From Bacilli bacterium (lineage in GTDB: Bacteria > Bacillota_I > Bacilli_A > RF39 > UBA660), in NCBI GenBank assembly GCA_028693275.1, contig JAQUVS010000001.1, positions 2,741 through 66,740 on the forward strand: DNA of 64,000 nt. The letters run 5' to 3'. The position numbers and the translations under genes are program-made. This document shows, in pieces, positions 51,000 to 61,656 of this stretch. Each line of letters begins with the position of its first letter. Position 1 is the first letter of the stretch. The notes beneath the pieces were generated by a model, which did no database searches, was not told the DNA's origin, and saw only the letters and a list, made by a program, of their open reading frames with translations.

Positions 51000-51965
51000 T
51001 TACTTAATTAAAGATATCAATTTATTAAATACTTCTTCTTGATTTTGATCTTTAAATATTGCTGCTGCTTCTGTGCGATTTCCTCCGCCAGAGATTTTTT
51101 GCATTTTTTCTCCTATATTTACTTTTCCAAGAGATCTAGCACTTATGCCAACAGTATTAGTATCTATGTTTCCAATAACATATGACTCTTCTATGTTATC
51201 AAATTGTAGAAGGGTATCAGCTATTTTTGCTAAATCCTCTCTTCTATATATTCTTTCCTCAGGACATATTGCAAGTGCTTTGGTGTTGTCTATTATCTCC
51301 ATATTGGTTATTATTTTTTGCCTTCTTATATACTCTACAATATCTTGTTTCATTAATTTTTCTACAGCTAATGGATTAGCTCCCATTGTTGTTAAAAAAT
51401 ATGCCATTAAATATGTATTTGAAGATGTTTTTAAAACAAAGTTGTTAGTGTCTAAAACAATACCACCTAATAAGTAACTCGCTGTACTGCTATCCACTTT
51501 TAAATTTTTTTCGTACATGTATCTAGAAATCATTTCTGACGTACTAGAAAAGTCAGGATTAATAATTTTTAAACTATTTTCGATAGTATTTTCATTTTCT
51601 TCATGATGATCTATTACAATTATATTTTTAAATCTTTTTGTGATATCTGTGTTTTGAAGTATCACACTATTATTTGTATCTACAATTATCAATAAACTTA
51701 ATTCTGTTATTTTTTTTAGCACATCTTTTGATGTTAAAATTTTTATTTCATCCTTTAACTCATTTATTATTTTATCTACAGCTAATTCATGTTTTTCTTC
51801 ATCAATAATTAGAAAGCAATCTTTATTCTTGTTAGTATACAAATTGTAAAGAGCTAATGAGCTACCTATTGCATCTAAATCTAAATTACTGTGGCCCATT
51901 ATAAATATTTTATCGGCTTTTTTTATTTTTTTGTCTGTTTCTTTAAAATCTTTCTTGATATTCAT
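51000..51965 (-). CDS. Stand-alone DHH/DHHA1 phosphoesterase (NrnA/DhhP-like, candidate nanoRNase / c-di-AMP phosphodiesterase)
   Basis: DHH motif VIDHHEE. DHHA1 region ISGGGNRTEAAAIF. 321 aa, with no TM, PAS or GGDEF. Sits between rpsR and rplI, the position of gdpP (yybT) in B. subtilis. Confidence 0.7.
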   Translation of the reverse strand: MNIKKDFKETDKKIKKADKIFIMGHSNLDLDAIGSSLALYNLYTNKNKDCFLIIDEEKHELAVDKIINELKDEIKILTSKDVLKKITELSLLIIVDTNNSVILQNTDITKRFKNIIVIDHHEENENTIENSLKIINPDFSSTSEMISRYMYEKNLKVDSSTASYLLGGIVLDTNNFVLKTSSNTYLMAYFLTTMGANPLAVEKLMKQDIVEYIRRQKIITNMEIIDNTKALAICPEERIYRREDLAKIADTLLQFDNIEESYVIGNIDTNTVGISARSLGKVNIGEKMQKISGGGNRTEAAAIFKDQNQEEVFNKLISLIK

Positions 51966-52040
51966 AAGGCCTCCTGTAGAAATATTATACTACAATTCCT
52001 TTTTCTTGTCATTAAAACAAAAAAAATAAGAACAATGTTC

Positions 52041-52256
52041 TTATCTTGTAAATGGTAATAATGCAATTGCACGTGCTCTTTTGATTTGTTCAGCTATATG
52101 TCTTTGATGTTTAGCGCATGCTCCTGTTACACGTCTTGGTAAAATTTTCCCTTTTTCATTAACATATTTTCTTAAAGATTCTACGTCTTTGTAATCTATA
52201 TTTTTACCTGTACACATATAACAGATTTTTTTTCTTTTCTTATGAAATTCTGCCAT
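52041..52256 (-). CDS. rpsR: 30S ribosomal protein S18
   Basis: 71 aa. [23 protein letters not shown]. Confidence 0.92.
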   Translation of the reverse strand: MAEFHKKRKKICYMCTGKNIDYKDVESLRKYVNEKGKILPRRVTGACAKHQRHIAEQIKRARAIALLPFTR

Positions 52257-52274
52257 AATATATTCCTCCTTATT

Positions 52275-52733
52275 TTAGAATGGTAAATCATCATCACTGA
52301 TTTCTATATTTGAACCAAAGTCTGCATATGGATTTTCTTTCATATCGTTACCTTTTGGTTCTGATTGGATCATATCGTATGGACTTACTTGTTCAGATGA
52401 AAAATTTTGATTAGATCCTTTTGAATCTAAAAATTGTACATTATCAGCAACTACTTCTGTAACATATCTTTTCTTTCCATCTTCACCATCATAACTTCTA
52501 GTTTGGATTCTTCCATCTATCGCTACTTGGCTTCCTTTTGTTATAAAATTCTTAACATTTTCAGCTTGTTTTCTCCATACAACAATATTTATAAAGTCTG
52601 CTTCTCTTTCACCACTTTGGTTAGTAAAATTCCTGTTAACAGCTATACTAAATGAGGCTGTTGGAATATTACTTGTTGTATACCTTAATTCTGGATCTCT
52701 TGTTAATCTTCCGATTAAAAACACTTTATTCAT
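52275..52733 (-). CDS. ssb: Single-stranded DNA-binding protein
   Basis: OB fold, acidic C-terminal tip DDDLPF. Confidence 0.92.
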   Translation of the reverse strand: MNKVFLIGRLTRDPELRYTTSNIPTASFSIAVNRNFTNQSGEREADFINIVVWRKQAENVKNFITKGSQVAIDGRIQTRSYDGEDGKKRYVTEVVADNVQFLDSKGSNQNFSSEQVSPYDMIQSEPKGNDMKENPYADFGSNIEISDDDLPF

Positions 52734-52750
52734 AAATATTTCCTCTTTTC

Positions 52751-53041
52751 TTAATCTTCTAATTTAATTACAAGATGACGGATGATATCTTCGCTAATTA
52801 AAGCTAGACGATCAAATTCTTCTATTGCTTTACTATTTTCTGATTCGATATTAATCAAGAAATAGTATCCTGTTAAATATTTTTTAACTTCGTAAGCTAG
52901 TTCTCTTTGACCCATTTCTTTAAAAGAAGTAACTTTTGCACCTTGATTTTCAAGAACATTTTTCATATTTTCAGCTATTGCCTTAATATTTGCTTCTTCT
53001 AATGTTGGTCTCACGATAAACATAATTTCGTAATTTTTCAT
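52751..53041 (-). CDS. rpsF: 30S ribosomal protein S6
   Basis: MKNYEIMFIVRP canonical S6 start. 96 aa. Confidence 0.92.
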   Translation of the reverse strand: MKNYEIMFIVRPTLEEANIKAIAENMKNVLENQGAKVTSFKEMGQRELAYEVKKYLTGYYFLINIESENSKAIEEFDRLALISEDIIRHLVIKLED

Positions 53042-53109
53042 TTTTACACCTCCTCTTGGACTTAAGGCCTATCTATTAAATAGGCAAGGAGTACCGAAAT
53101 ACTCGTATG
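53042..53109 (-). promoter_or_regulatory. Structured 5' leader of rpsF (candidate S6:S18 autoregulatory element)
   Basis: Minus strand hairpins GAGTA-TTTCGG-TACTC and CCTAT-TTAATAG-ATAGG lie between the promoter and the GAGGAGGTG SD. Confidence 0.3.
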
Positions 53110-53138
53110 TATTATAACAAAAAAAAAAGATTGTGTAA
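53110..53138 (-). promoter_or_regulatory. Promoter of rpsF-ssb-rpsR operon
   Basis: Minus strand TTTACA (revcomp 53133-53138), 17 nt, TATAAT (revcomp 53110-53115). Confidence 0.45.
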
Positions 53139-53145
53139 ACCTTTT

Positions 53146-54246
53146 TTAAACATTAAATCTAAAATGACAGATATCTCCATCTTTCATGATGTAATCTCTT
53201 CCTTCTAGTCTCATTTTACCCGCTTCTTTTACTTTTAATTCGCTTTTATATTCTGCTAAGTCACTATAACTCATTATTTCTGCTCTTATAAATCCTTTTT
53301 CAAAATCACTATGAATTATTCCAGCGCATTCTGGTGCTTTCATTCCTTTTTTAAATGTCCAAGCTCTACATTCATCACTTCCTGCAGTAAAATATGTTGC
53401 TAATCCTAATAAATCGTAAGTTGCACCTATTAATTTTTCTAATCCTGCTTCTTTTATTCCGAAATCTTCTAAAAATTGAATTCTTTCTTCTTTATCAAGA
53501 TCACTTAAATCTTCTTCTATTTTTGCGCATACAGTAATTACTTGTGAATTTTCGCTATTTGCATAATTTCTTATTTCGTCTACATATTTATTTCCATCTT
53601 CTAGAAGATCTTCTTCTGAAACGTTTGCCATATATATTATAGGTTTCAAAGTTAAAAGATTAAAGGCTTTTATTAATAGTTTTTCTTCTTCAGTAAGTTC
53701 TAGATTTCTTATAGGGATACTTTTTTCTAAAGAATCTTTTATTTTTTCTAACAACTCTACTTCCAAAACAACATCTTTGTCTTTTGACATAGATGCTTTT
53801 TTTCCAATTCTATTAATTCTGTTATTTATTTGTTCTAAATCAGATAAAATTAATTCAACGTTGATTATTTCTATATCCCTTATTGGATCAACTTCACCTT
53901 CAACATGTATTATATCTTTATTTTCAAAACATCTTACAACTTCTACAATTGCATCTGTCTCTCTTATATGAGATAAAAATTTATTTCCTAATCCTTCTCC
54001 ATCTGAGGCTCCTTTTACTAAACCTGCAATGTCTGTATATTCTATTGTTGCTGGTACAATGCTCTTTGGTACATACATATTAGTTAGGAAATCCATTCTT
54101 TCATCAGGTACTACTACTACTCCTACATTAGGATCAATAGTTGCAAAAGGATAATTTGCTGCTAATATTTTTTGTTTTGTTATCGCATTAAATAAAGTAC
54201 TTTTACCTACGTTTGGTAATCCAACTATTCCTGCTGTTAAACTCAT
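53146..54246 (-). CDS. ychF: Ribosome-binding ATPase YchF
   Basis: G1 [13 protein letters not shown]-terminal domain. 366 aa. Confidence 0.92.
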   Translation of the reverse strand: MSLTAGIVGLPNVGKSTLFNAITKQKILAANYPFATIDPNVGVVVVPDERMDFLTNMYVPKSIVPATIEYTDIAGLVKGASDGEGLGNKFLSHIRETDAIVEVVRCFENKDIIHVEGEVDPIRDIEIINVELILSDLEQINNRINRIGKKASMSKDKDVVLEVELLEKIKDSLEKSIPIRNLELTEEEKLLIKAFNLLTLKPIIYMANVSEEDLLEDGNKYVDEIRNYANSENSQVITVCAKIEEDLSDLDKEERIQFLEDFGIKEAGLEKLIGATYDLLGLATYFTAGSDECRAWTFKKGMKAPECAGIIHSDFEKGFIRAEIMSYSDLAEYKSELKVKEAGKMRLEGRDYIMKDGDICHFRFNV

Positions 54247-54302
54247 AATAAAACCTCATTTCCATATTGATTATACCATCTTTTATTTTTTTATCAATAA
54301 AA

Positions 54303-54329
54303 AAGTAAGCATGTTTTTCATACTTACTT
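54303..54329 (-). terminator. Terminator after AbgT-family gene
   Basis: AAGTAAGCATG-TTTTT-CATACTTACTT (one mismatch) plus T-run on the minus strand. Confidence 0.45.
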
Positions 54330-54349
54330 ATCTCTTACTTATCTAATTA

Positions 54350-55942
54350 TTAAAGTGTTGCTCTTATATTAGGACCTAATGGTAATCCTGTTATGTACCA
54401 TAATATGATTATTACAATCCATGTAAGAGTCATTAATATACACATTGGCATTATTGCTTTTATTGATTGAGTAAATGTTATTGGCTGATTTTTGTTTTGA
54501 TTATATATATTCATATATCCTATATAAATTACAAAATAACCCAACATTGGCGTAATACCTTTTGTCATTGAATCTGATGCTCTTAAAATAAATTGTGAAA
54601 ACTGTGGTGATATATTTGCTTGCATCATCTTAGGAACAACAACAGGTGCCATTACTGTCCATTTAGCCATTGGGGTTGGTGAAAATAAACTAACAAGCAA
54701 TATAATCAATACTATCAGCATTATTAATGCTATTCCAGTGAATGGAAGAGAATTAATAATATTTGCTCCCCATGCTATTATTACGGTTGCTATATTTGTC
54801 TTTTTGACAATTGCAAGTAATTGAGATGCCAAGAATATTAAAACAATTAACGAACCTATTTGATCCATAAAATCGTCTGATTTTTTCAATACATCTCTGT
54901 CATTTTTTATTGTTTTTGCTCCTATCCCATAGGCTAGACCAACTAATAAAAAGAAGAAAGATACTAGTATATTAAACCCATCTTGAAATGGTGAATTTTC
55001 TCCAAACAGTTGTCCTAAATAAGTTTTTTCTGTTGTATCTAGTAGTAGTCCTGAAAAAGGTAAGCCTGGTATTAACATATAAATGGCAAGAAATATTGTT
55101 ACCAATGTAACAATTAAAGCATTCTTCATACCTTTTTTTTCTCTTATAGATTCTTCTAATTTCTTCTGTTCTTCTTCTACTAAATCAACTTCTACCAATT
55201 CTTGTGTGTAGTTTATATCAACACATTTTTGATATCTACCTAATTTAGGAATAATTATTTTTTCCAATATAATCGTTCCTACTATAGATAAGACAATTGT
55301 TGAAAATATAATTATATAAAGATTAGACGTTAAACTCACATGGAATGCTGGATCAATTAATCTAGCAGAATTTTCTGTTATTTTATTAAGATTTACTTCC
55401 ATTGACCCTACAAATAGTGTTGCTCCATATCCAAACGATACTCCACTAAATGCCGCAACTATTCCGGCAAGCGGATTTCTATTATTCCCCATAAATATCA
55501 AGGCTGCTAAAGGAATTAATATTACATAACCTATTTCATTTATTAAGCTTGAAGCTACTGATAAAAGAATAATTATAAAAGTTATTTTTTTATTATCTAA
55601 TTTAGATAAAACTTTTTTAATAAATACATCTAAAAATCCTGATGATTTTGCAACACTTAGTCCTAATAAAGCTATTAATAAGGAACTAAGAGGAGTAAAA
55701 CTCATTAGATTTTTTACTGCATTGCCCATTATATATTTGAGACCATCATAATTACACATGTTTTCAACTGCTACAAGAACCTTTTCTAATTGATTATTAC
55801 TCCCAATTTTATTATAAGTAGCTTGCATTTGAAAAGCAGATAAAATTCCACTAATTAAAACAGTTAATACTATAAGTATGAGAAACGTTGTAGCTGGATG
55901 CAAATAAAATTTCTTTAATTTTAATTTTTTTTGCTTTTTCAT
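54350..55942 (-). CDS. AbgT/MtrF-family transporter
   Basis: 530 aa polytopic membrane protein with AbgT-like hydrophobicity pattern and length. Assigned by pattern only. Confidence 0.6.
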   Translation of the reverse strand: MKKQKKLKLKKFYLHPATTFLILIVLTVLISGILSAFQMQATYNKIGSNNQLEKVLVAVENMCNYDGLKYIMGNAVKNLMSFTPLSSLLIALLGLSVAKSSGFLDVFIKKVLSKLDNKKITFIIILLSVASSLINEIGYVILIPLAALIFMGNNRNPLAGIVAAFSGVSFGYGATLFVGSMEVNLNKITENSARLIDPAFHVSLTSNLYIIIFSTIVLSIVGTIILEKIIIPKLGRYQKCVDINYTQELVEVDLVEEEQKKLEESIREKKGMKNALIVTLVTIFLAIYMLIPGLPFSGLLLDTTEKTYLGQLFGENSPFQDGFNILVSFFFLLVGLAYGIGAKTIKNDRDVLKKSDDFMDQIGSLIVLIFLASQLLAIVKKTNIATVIIAWGANIINSLPFTGIALIMLIVLIILLVSLFSPTPMAKWTVMAPVVVPKMMQANISPQFSQFILRASDSMTKGITPMLGYFVIYIGYMNIYNQNKNQPITFTQSIKAIMPMCILMTLTWIVIIILWYITGLPLGPNIRATL

Positions 55943-55957
55943 TATTACTCCATTCTA

Positions 55958-56143
55958 TTATAAAACTTTTTTTATTTTTTTATTAAATTCTATTCTAGGC
56001 ATCATTATTGTTCTTCCACAATTTAAGCATTTAAGTTTAATATCTGCCCCAAGTCTAATGATTTCCCACTCATTAGTCCCGCATGGATGCCCTTTTTTCA
56101 TAATGACTTTCGAATTTAAACTATATTCTAACGAATTATTCAT
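55958..56143 (-). CDS. Small zinc-ribbon-like conserved protein (DUF951/YyzM-like)
   Basis: 61 aa. HPCG...CLNCG Cys pattern. Position next to parB, as in Bacillus. Confidence 0.4.
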   Translation of the reverse strand: MNNSLEYSLNSKVIMKKGHPCGTNEWEIIRLGADIKLKCLNCGRTIMMPRIEFNKKIKKVL

Positions 56144-56144
56144 A

Positions 56145-57035
56145 TTAATTTATCCCTATAATTTCTAAAATTCTATTTAAATCATTAACATTTGTGAAAC
56201 TGATTTCTATTTTGTTTTTCTTTATTTTTACTTTAGTACCAATTTTTTCACACATTACTTCTTCTATATCTTGATATTCTTTTTCGTCTTGTTTTTGTTT
56301 AAAACTTGTATTTTTCCTTTTGTAATCACCATCTCCAGATGCTTCTTCAGTTTCTCTTACGCTTAGATGTTCATTAACTATTTTATTAGCTAATTCTAAT
56401 ATTTTTTCATTGTCTTCTAATTTACTTAAAACTCTTGCGTGTCCCATGCTTATTTCTTCACTTATTAACATATCTTTAACTACTTCTGGAAGGCGAATAA
56501 GGCCTATCATGTTTGTTATATGACTACGGCTTTTTCCTAATTTTTTTGCAAGTTCTTCTTGTGTTACATCCAATTTATCAAGTAATTTTTTATAAGCTAT
56601 TGCTTCTTCAAGAGCATTTAAATTTTCTCTTTGCAAGTTTTCAAGTAAAGCAATTTCCATCATTTCTTCATCTGTAAAATCTCTTATTATTGCTGGTATT
56701 GTATCTTTTCCAGCTAAAATCGAAGCCCTAACACGTCTTTCACCTGCTATTATTTCATAGCCTTTGATGCTTTTTTTAGCAATTATTGGTTGAAAAACAC
56801 CATGTTCTCTTATAGAAGCCGCTAATTCATTTAGAGCTTCTTCTTCAAAATTTTTACGAGGTTGATATGGATTACTTCTTAATTCATTTAGATTAATTTC
56901 TTGAATTTCACTTTTTGGAGTTTCATTGACGATTTTTTCTTCTATTTGATCATAATCAATTGTTTCATTGTTATTAAATAATTCTTCTAAACCTCTACCT
57001 AAGGCTCTTCTTTTATTGTTCTCCATTTCGCTCAA
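56145..57035 (-). CDS. parB: Chromosome partitioning protein ParB/Spo0J
   Basis: ALGRGLEELF N-terminus, ParB box IIAGERRVRAS, HTH. 296 aa. Confidence 0.82.
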   Translation of the reverse strand: MSEMENNKRRALGRGLEELFNNNETIDYDQIEEKIVNETPKSEIQEINLNELRSNPYQPRKNFEEEALNELAASIREHGVFQPIIAKKSIKGYEIIAGERRVRASILAGKDTIPAIIRDFTDEEMMEIALLENLQRENLNALEEAIAYKKLLDKLDVTQEELAKKLGKSRSHITNMIGLIRLPEVVKDMLISEEISMGHARVLSKLEDNEKILELANKIVNEHLSVRETEEASGDGDYKRKNTSFKQKQDEKEYQDIEEVMCEKIGTKVKIKKNKIEISFTNVNDLNRILEIIGIN

Positions 57036-57801
57036 TCACTTCCTTTGCTAAATTAATATATGCTTCTGATCCTCTACTTTTTGGATCGTATGCTATAATC
57101 GGTTTTCCATGTGATGGTGCCTCAGTTAATCTTATAAGTCTTGGAATTATTGTATTATACACTCTTTCTTTAAAATATCTTCGTATATCTTCTACTACTT
57201 CTAGACCAAGATTAGTTCTGGAATCTAACATTGTCAGTAAAACACCTTCTATATCAAGATTTGGATTTAAATTCTTTTGAGCTAACATTATTGTGTTTAA
57301 TAATTGCATTATTCCTTCCAATGCAAAAAACTCGCATTGTACCGGAATGATAACAGAATTAGAAGCTGTTAATGCATTTGTTGTAATCAATCCAAGAGAT
57401 GGAGGACAATCAATAATTATATAATTAAAACTATCCTTAATTGATTCTAATGAATTTTTTAATTGCATACCTTTTGAAAAACCTGCTTCATTTTTACTTT
57501 TTTCTAATAATTCTATATCTACCCCAGCTAGATTAATTGTCGCTGGAAGAACAAATAAATTTTTATATTTTGTCTTTATAATTGCTTCTTCTATTGGGCA
57601 TTTACCAGTTACTACATCATAAACACTTGTAACTATATCTGCTTTGTTTATTCCAACACCAGTTGTTGTGTTTCCTTGAGGATCTAAATCAATAAGTAAC
57701 ACTTTTTTCCCAAGAACAGCTAGTGACGCTGATAAGTTAATGCTTGTCGTTGTTTTTCCTACTCCACCTTTTTGATTTACCAAAGAAATTATCTTTCCCA
57801 C
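57013..57801 (-). CDS. parA: Chromosome partitioning ATPase ParA/Soj
   Basis: Deviant Walker A KGGVGKTT. 262 aa. Confidence 0.88.
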   Translation of the reverse strand: MGKIISLVNQKGGVGKTTTSINLSASLAVLGKKVLLIDLDPQGNTTTGVGINKADIVTSVYDVVTGKCPIEEAIIKTKYKNLFVLPATINLAGVDIELLEKSKNEAGFSKGMQLKNSLESIKDSFNYIIIDCPPSLGLITTNALTASNSVIIPVQCEFFALEGIMQLLNTIMLAQKNLNPNLDIEGVLLTMLDSRTNLGLEVVEDIRRYFKERVYNTIIPRLIRLTEAPSHGKPIIAYDPKSRGSEAYINLAKEVIERNGEQ

Positions 57802-57896
57802 TTACATCACCCTTTTTCTAATTAATACTTATTATATTGTAACAAAAAATATTGGAATATGAAATGATTTTATGAAAAAGTTTATTTTTTAAATAA

Positions 57897-57918
57897 AAAA
57901 GTGGAAAAATCCACTTTT
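57897..57918 (-). terminator. Rho-independent terminator after noc-like gene
   Basis: AAAAGTGGA-AAAA-TCCACTTTT perfect hairpin overlapping the TAA stop. Confidence 0.55.
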
Positions 57919-59005
57919 AATTGTTTTTATCTATTTTTATTACTATTTGATATTTGTTTTCTAAATCCATTTCATCTATTGAAATATTAAAGCCATTTGC
58001 CTTTGCTTTAGAACTACAATCTCTAAAGGAATTTATTACTTCTTTTAAGCTTGAGCTTGTTTGGATTGGTTGATCAATCGTTTCTTCTTCTAACTCTGAT
58101 AAAACATTAACGTTATTCCCGAAGATTGGAGTTTGAAGATTTATTAGATTGGCATCATAACCACTTGTTTCTTTTTCTTCAATTTTTGGTGTTATCAGTT
58201 CTTCTTTATGACCTACATATTTAAATTGATTTACCTCTTCTGGTTTTGTTTCCTCTACCATTGGGGGATTAAATCTTAATAAATCATTTATGTTAGCAGT
58301 TTTTTCCACTGGTGTTATTATGTCTGTAGATTTGTTTTTTATTTCTTCAACTAAATTGTTACTATTTTCTTGATATTGTTCTTCAGAACTTTCTACATTT
58401 GAAACACCTGTTATTTGTTTTATTTCTTCATCTACTTCTCTAACTGTCATTCTATTAGTTATAATTTTATTTAACATAGCAATTTGTTCATCTGTTGTTT
58501 TTAGAGATAATAAACTTCTTGCGTGTCTTTCTGAAATTTGATTATGAAGTAAAGAATCTTGTATCTCATCAGGTAATTCTAAAAGTCTTAATTTATTTGC
58601 AATTGAAGGTTGAGATTTTCCCATAGTCTTACCCAATTCTTCTTGAGTCATTGCATCTAATTCTAGAATTTTTTGATATGTTCTCGCTTCTTCTATTGCA
58701 GTTAAATCTTTTCTTTGAAGATTTTCAAGAAGAGCAACCTTTGAAGTTTCTTTATCATCTAAATTTCTTATTATTGCTGGTATTTTAGTTAATCCAGCTA
58801 AAACAGAAGCTTTATATCTTCTTTCTCCTGCTATTATTTCGTATTTATCTCCAATTTTTCTTACAATTATTGGCTGAATTACACCATGTTCTTTTATTGA
58901 AATAGCTAATTCCTCTAGAGCCTTTTCATCAAATACTTCTCTGGGTTGGAATCTATTTGGTATTAGATCATCCAAGTATAAATCTACCACTTCTCTATCC
59001 ATCAT
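57917..59005 (-). CDS. noc: ParB-family paralog (Noc-like) with ~150-aa low-complexity C-terminal extension
   Basis: ParB N-domain and HTH (IIAGERRYKAS). Located between rsmG and parA, as noc is. Long Glu/Asn/Ser-rich tail. Confidence 0.6.
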   Translation of the reverse strand: MMDREVVDLYLDDLIPNRFQPREVFDEKALEELAISIKEHGVIQPIIVRKIGDKYEIIAGERRYKASVLAGLTKIPAIIRNLDDKETSKVALLENLQRKDLTAIEEARTYQKILELDAMTQEELGKTMGKSQPSIANKLRLLELPDEIQDSLLHNQISERHARSLLSLKTTDEQIAMLNKIITNRMTVREVDEEIKQITGVSNVESSEEQYQENSNNLVEEIKNKSTDIITPVEKTANINDLLRFNPPMVEETKPEEVNQFKYVGHKEELITPKIEEKETSGYDANLINLQTPIFGNNVNVLSELEEETIDQPIQTSSSLKEVINSFRDCSSKAKANGFNISIDEMDLENKYQIVIKIDKNN

Positions 59006-59045
59006 TATCCCTCTTTCATTCTTTTATCCTAATATAGATTATATA

Positions 59046-59762
59046 TTATTCATAATTATTTTTCAATTCTTTTTTTATTTTATCCATACTTCTTGGAAAT
59101 TTTCCGTTTGTTTTTGCTAATTTTTTTAATTTTATCAGGGTTCTTTTACTGTTTTCTACAGGTAATTCAAAAATTACTATTTCTTCTATTATTGAATCTA
59201 ATTTTCCGATTAAGTTTTTGCTTTTTTCTATTTCTTCATCTGCATTGGCCTTCATTGCAACAAAATTTCCATTTATTTTAACCATAGGCATAGCCATTTC
59301 TGAGATTATTCTTAGATCTGATACTGCCCTTGCAGTAACTAAATCGTATTTTTCTATGTTTTCTTTTGAATATTCTTCTGCTCGTTCATGAATCGCAATT
59401 ATTCCTTCAAGATCTAGCTCTTTTATTATTTCATTCAAGTAAGTTACTCTTTTATTTAAAGAATCTATCAATGTTATATTGATATTTGGAAAACAAATTT
59501 TTATAACAATTCCAGGAAATCCAGCACCTGAACCCAAATCACACATTGTTGATATTTTTTCTAAATCTATTGTTTTGATTAGAGTAAGACTATCATAAAA
59601 ATGTTTCAAATTTACTTCATTTTTTTCTGTAATTCTTGTTAAATTTATTTTTTTATTCCAATCTATTAATAAATCATAAAATTTATTTAATTTATCTAAT
59701 TGTTCTTTTGTCAGTAGTATTCCAATTTTCTTCAATTCTTCTATAAGTATTTTATCAGTCAT
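59046..59762 (-). CDS. rsmG: 16S rRNA (guanine527-N7)-methyltransferase
   Basis: [17 protein letters not shown] motif. 238 aa. Confidence 0.88.
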   Translation of the reverse strand: MTDKILIEELKKIGILLTKEQLDKLNKFYDLLIDWNKKINLTRITEKNEVNLKHFYDSLTLIKTIDLEKISTMCDLGSGAGFPGIVIKICFPNINITLIDSLNKRVTYLNEIIKELDLEGIIAIHERAEEYSKENIEKYDLVTARAVSDLRIISEMAMPMVKINGNFVAMKANADEEIEKSKNLIGKLDSIIEEIVIFELPVENSKRTLIKLKKLAKTNGKFPRSMDKIKKELKNNYE

Positions 59763-61620
59763 TTTTATTCTCCTTTTTTAGATAAATTAAGAGAATAGTA
59801 ATATCTGCTGGATTAACTCCACTTATTCTTGCTGCTTGTCCTACTGTTTCTGGTCTTATTTTCATTAGTTTTTGTCTTCCCTCACTAGCTAAGTTTGGAA
59901 TTTTATCATAATTTATATCTTCTGGGATTTTTGTTTTATCTAAATCCAATAATTTTTCTGCTTCTTTATTGGCTTTTTTGATATAACCTTCATATTTTAT
60001 ATTTATCTCGACTTGTTCTTTTACATCATCATTATAATCGAAAATAAATCCCAATTCTTTTAATGTATCAAATGTTATTTCTGGTCTTTTTAAAAATTCT
60101 TTTAGAGTTATTCCATCTTTTAATTGGGCTGTTTCGTATTTTTCTAACTTTTTATTTGTTTCTTCTGTTGGTGTTAATTTAATGTTATCTAATTCTTGAA
60201 ATAATTGATCTATATTATTTAATTTGTCTTCAAAAATTTTATATTTATTGTCATCTATAAGCCCTATTTCATGGCCATATTTACTTAATCTTATATCTGC
60301 ATTATCATGTCTCAACAACAATCTGTATTCTGCTCTTGATGTTAACATTCTATATGGCTCTTTTGTTCCTTTTGTTATTAAATCATCAATTAAAACGCCT
60401 ATATAGGCTTCATTCCTTTTTAATATAAGAGGTTCTTTATTATTTATTTTTTGGCTTGCATTAATTCCAGCTATTAAACCTTGTGCTGCTGCTTCCTCAT
60501 AACCACTAGTTCCATTTATTTGTCCAGCTGTAAATAAATTAGAAATTATTTTAGTTTCTAAACTATTTTTTAATTGTAAAGGATCTATTGCATCATATTC
60601 TATTGCATAAGCATATTTTAAAATTTTTGCATTTTCAAGACCGGGTAATGAATGCACCATTTTTTCTTGTATATCGTGGGGCATACTTGTTGAAAATCCT
60701 TGTAAGTATATATCATCATAGAATTTGCTTTCTGGTTCTAAGAATAGTTGATGTTTTTCTTTGTCAGAAAATTTAACTACTTTATCCTCTATTGATGGAC
60801 AATATCTTGGACCTATTCCTTCAACATAACCACCATACATACTCGATTTGCTTAAATTTTCCATTATTATTTTATGAACATTTTCTGTTGAATATGTTAA
60901 ATAACAAGAAATTTGATTTTGATATTTATATAGCGGTTTATTAAAAAATGAGAATGTCCATTCTTTTTGATCTCCTGGTTCTTCTTTTAATTTTGAAAAA
61001 TCGATACTTTCTCTTGCAATTCTTGGTGGAGTCCCTGTTTTAAGTCTTTGAATAGTAAATCCGTATTTTTTTAAGTTTTCACTCAAAAATTTTGATGGTC
61101 TTTCGTCGTGAGGACCACTCTCTGTCTTTTTATCTCCACAAAGTATTACTGATTTTAAATATGTACCCGTTGTAAGCACAACGGCTTTTGCTTCTATTTT
61201 AGTTGAATCTTCTAATATTATTCCTTTAACTTTATTTTCTTCAATTATTAAATCTTCTACCATGTTTTCTAATATTGTAAGATTTTTTGTATTATTCATC
61301 GTATTTAGCATTTCCTTGGGATATAAAACTTTATCTCCTTGTGCCCTCAAAGCTCTAACTGCTGGTCCTTTTTTTGTGTTTAGCATTTTAACTTGAATGC
61401 AACTGTGATCAATGTTATTAGCCATTTCTCCACCTAATGCATCTATTTCCCTCACAAGTATACCTTTTGCTGGTCCTCCAATAGATGGATTACAAGGCAT
61501 ATCTGCGATATTTTTAATATTACTTGATACAAGTATTGTGTTATTTCCTAGTCTTGCTGATGCCAAAGCTGCTTCACAACCAGCGTGACCTCCTCCGACT
61601 ATTATTATGTCATATTTCAT
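59755..61620 (-). CDS. mnmG: tRNA uridine 5-carboxymethylaminomethyl modification enzyme MnmG
   Basis: FAD motif [15 protein letters not shown]. 621 aa. Confidence 0.95.
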   Translation of the reverse strand: MKYDIIIVGGGHAGCEAALASARLGNNTILVSSNIKNIADMPCNPSIGGPAKGILVREIDALGGEMANNIDHSCIQVKMLNTKKGPAVRALRAQGDKVLYPKEMLNTMNNTKNLTILENMVEDLIIEENKVKGIILEDSTKIEAKAVVLTTGTYLKSVILCGDKKTESGPHDERPSKFLSENLKKYGFTIQRLKTGTPPRIARESIDFSKLKEEPGDQKEWTFSFFNKPLYKYQNQISCYLTYSTENVHKIIMENLSKSSMYGGYVEGIGPRYCPSIEDKVVKFSDKEKHQLFLEPESKFYDDIYLQGFSTSMPHDIQEKMVHSLPGLENAKILKYAYAIEYDAIDPLQLKNSLETKIISNLFTAGQINGTSGYEEAAAQGLIAGINASQKINNKEPLILKRNEAYIGVLIDDLITKGTKEPYRMLTSRAEYRLLLRHDNADIRLSKYGHEIGLIDDNKYKIFEDKLNNIDQLFQELDNIKLTPTEETNKKLEKYETAQLKDGITLKEFLKRPEITFDTLKELGFIFDYNDDVKEQVEINIKYEGYIKKANKEAEKLLDLDKTKIPEDINYDKIPNLASEGRQKLMKIRPETVGQAARISGVNPADITILLIYLKKENKND

Positions 61621-61656
61621 ATTATCACTTTCCTTTTTTTATTTCCCGGGAAATAA

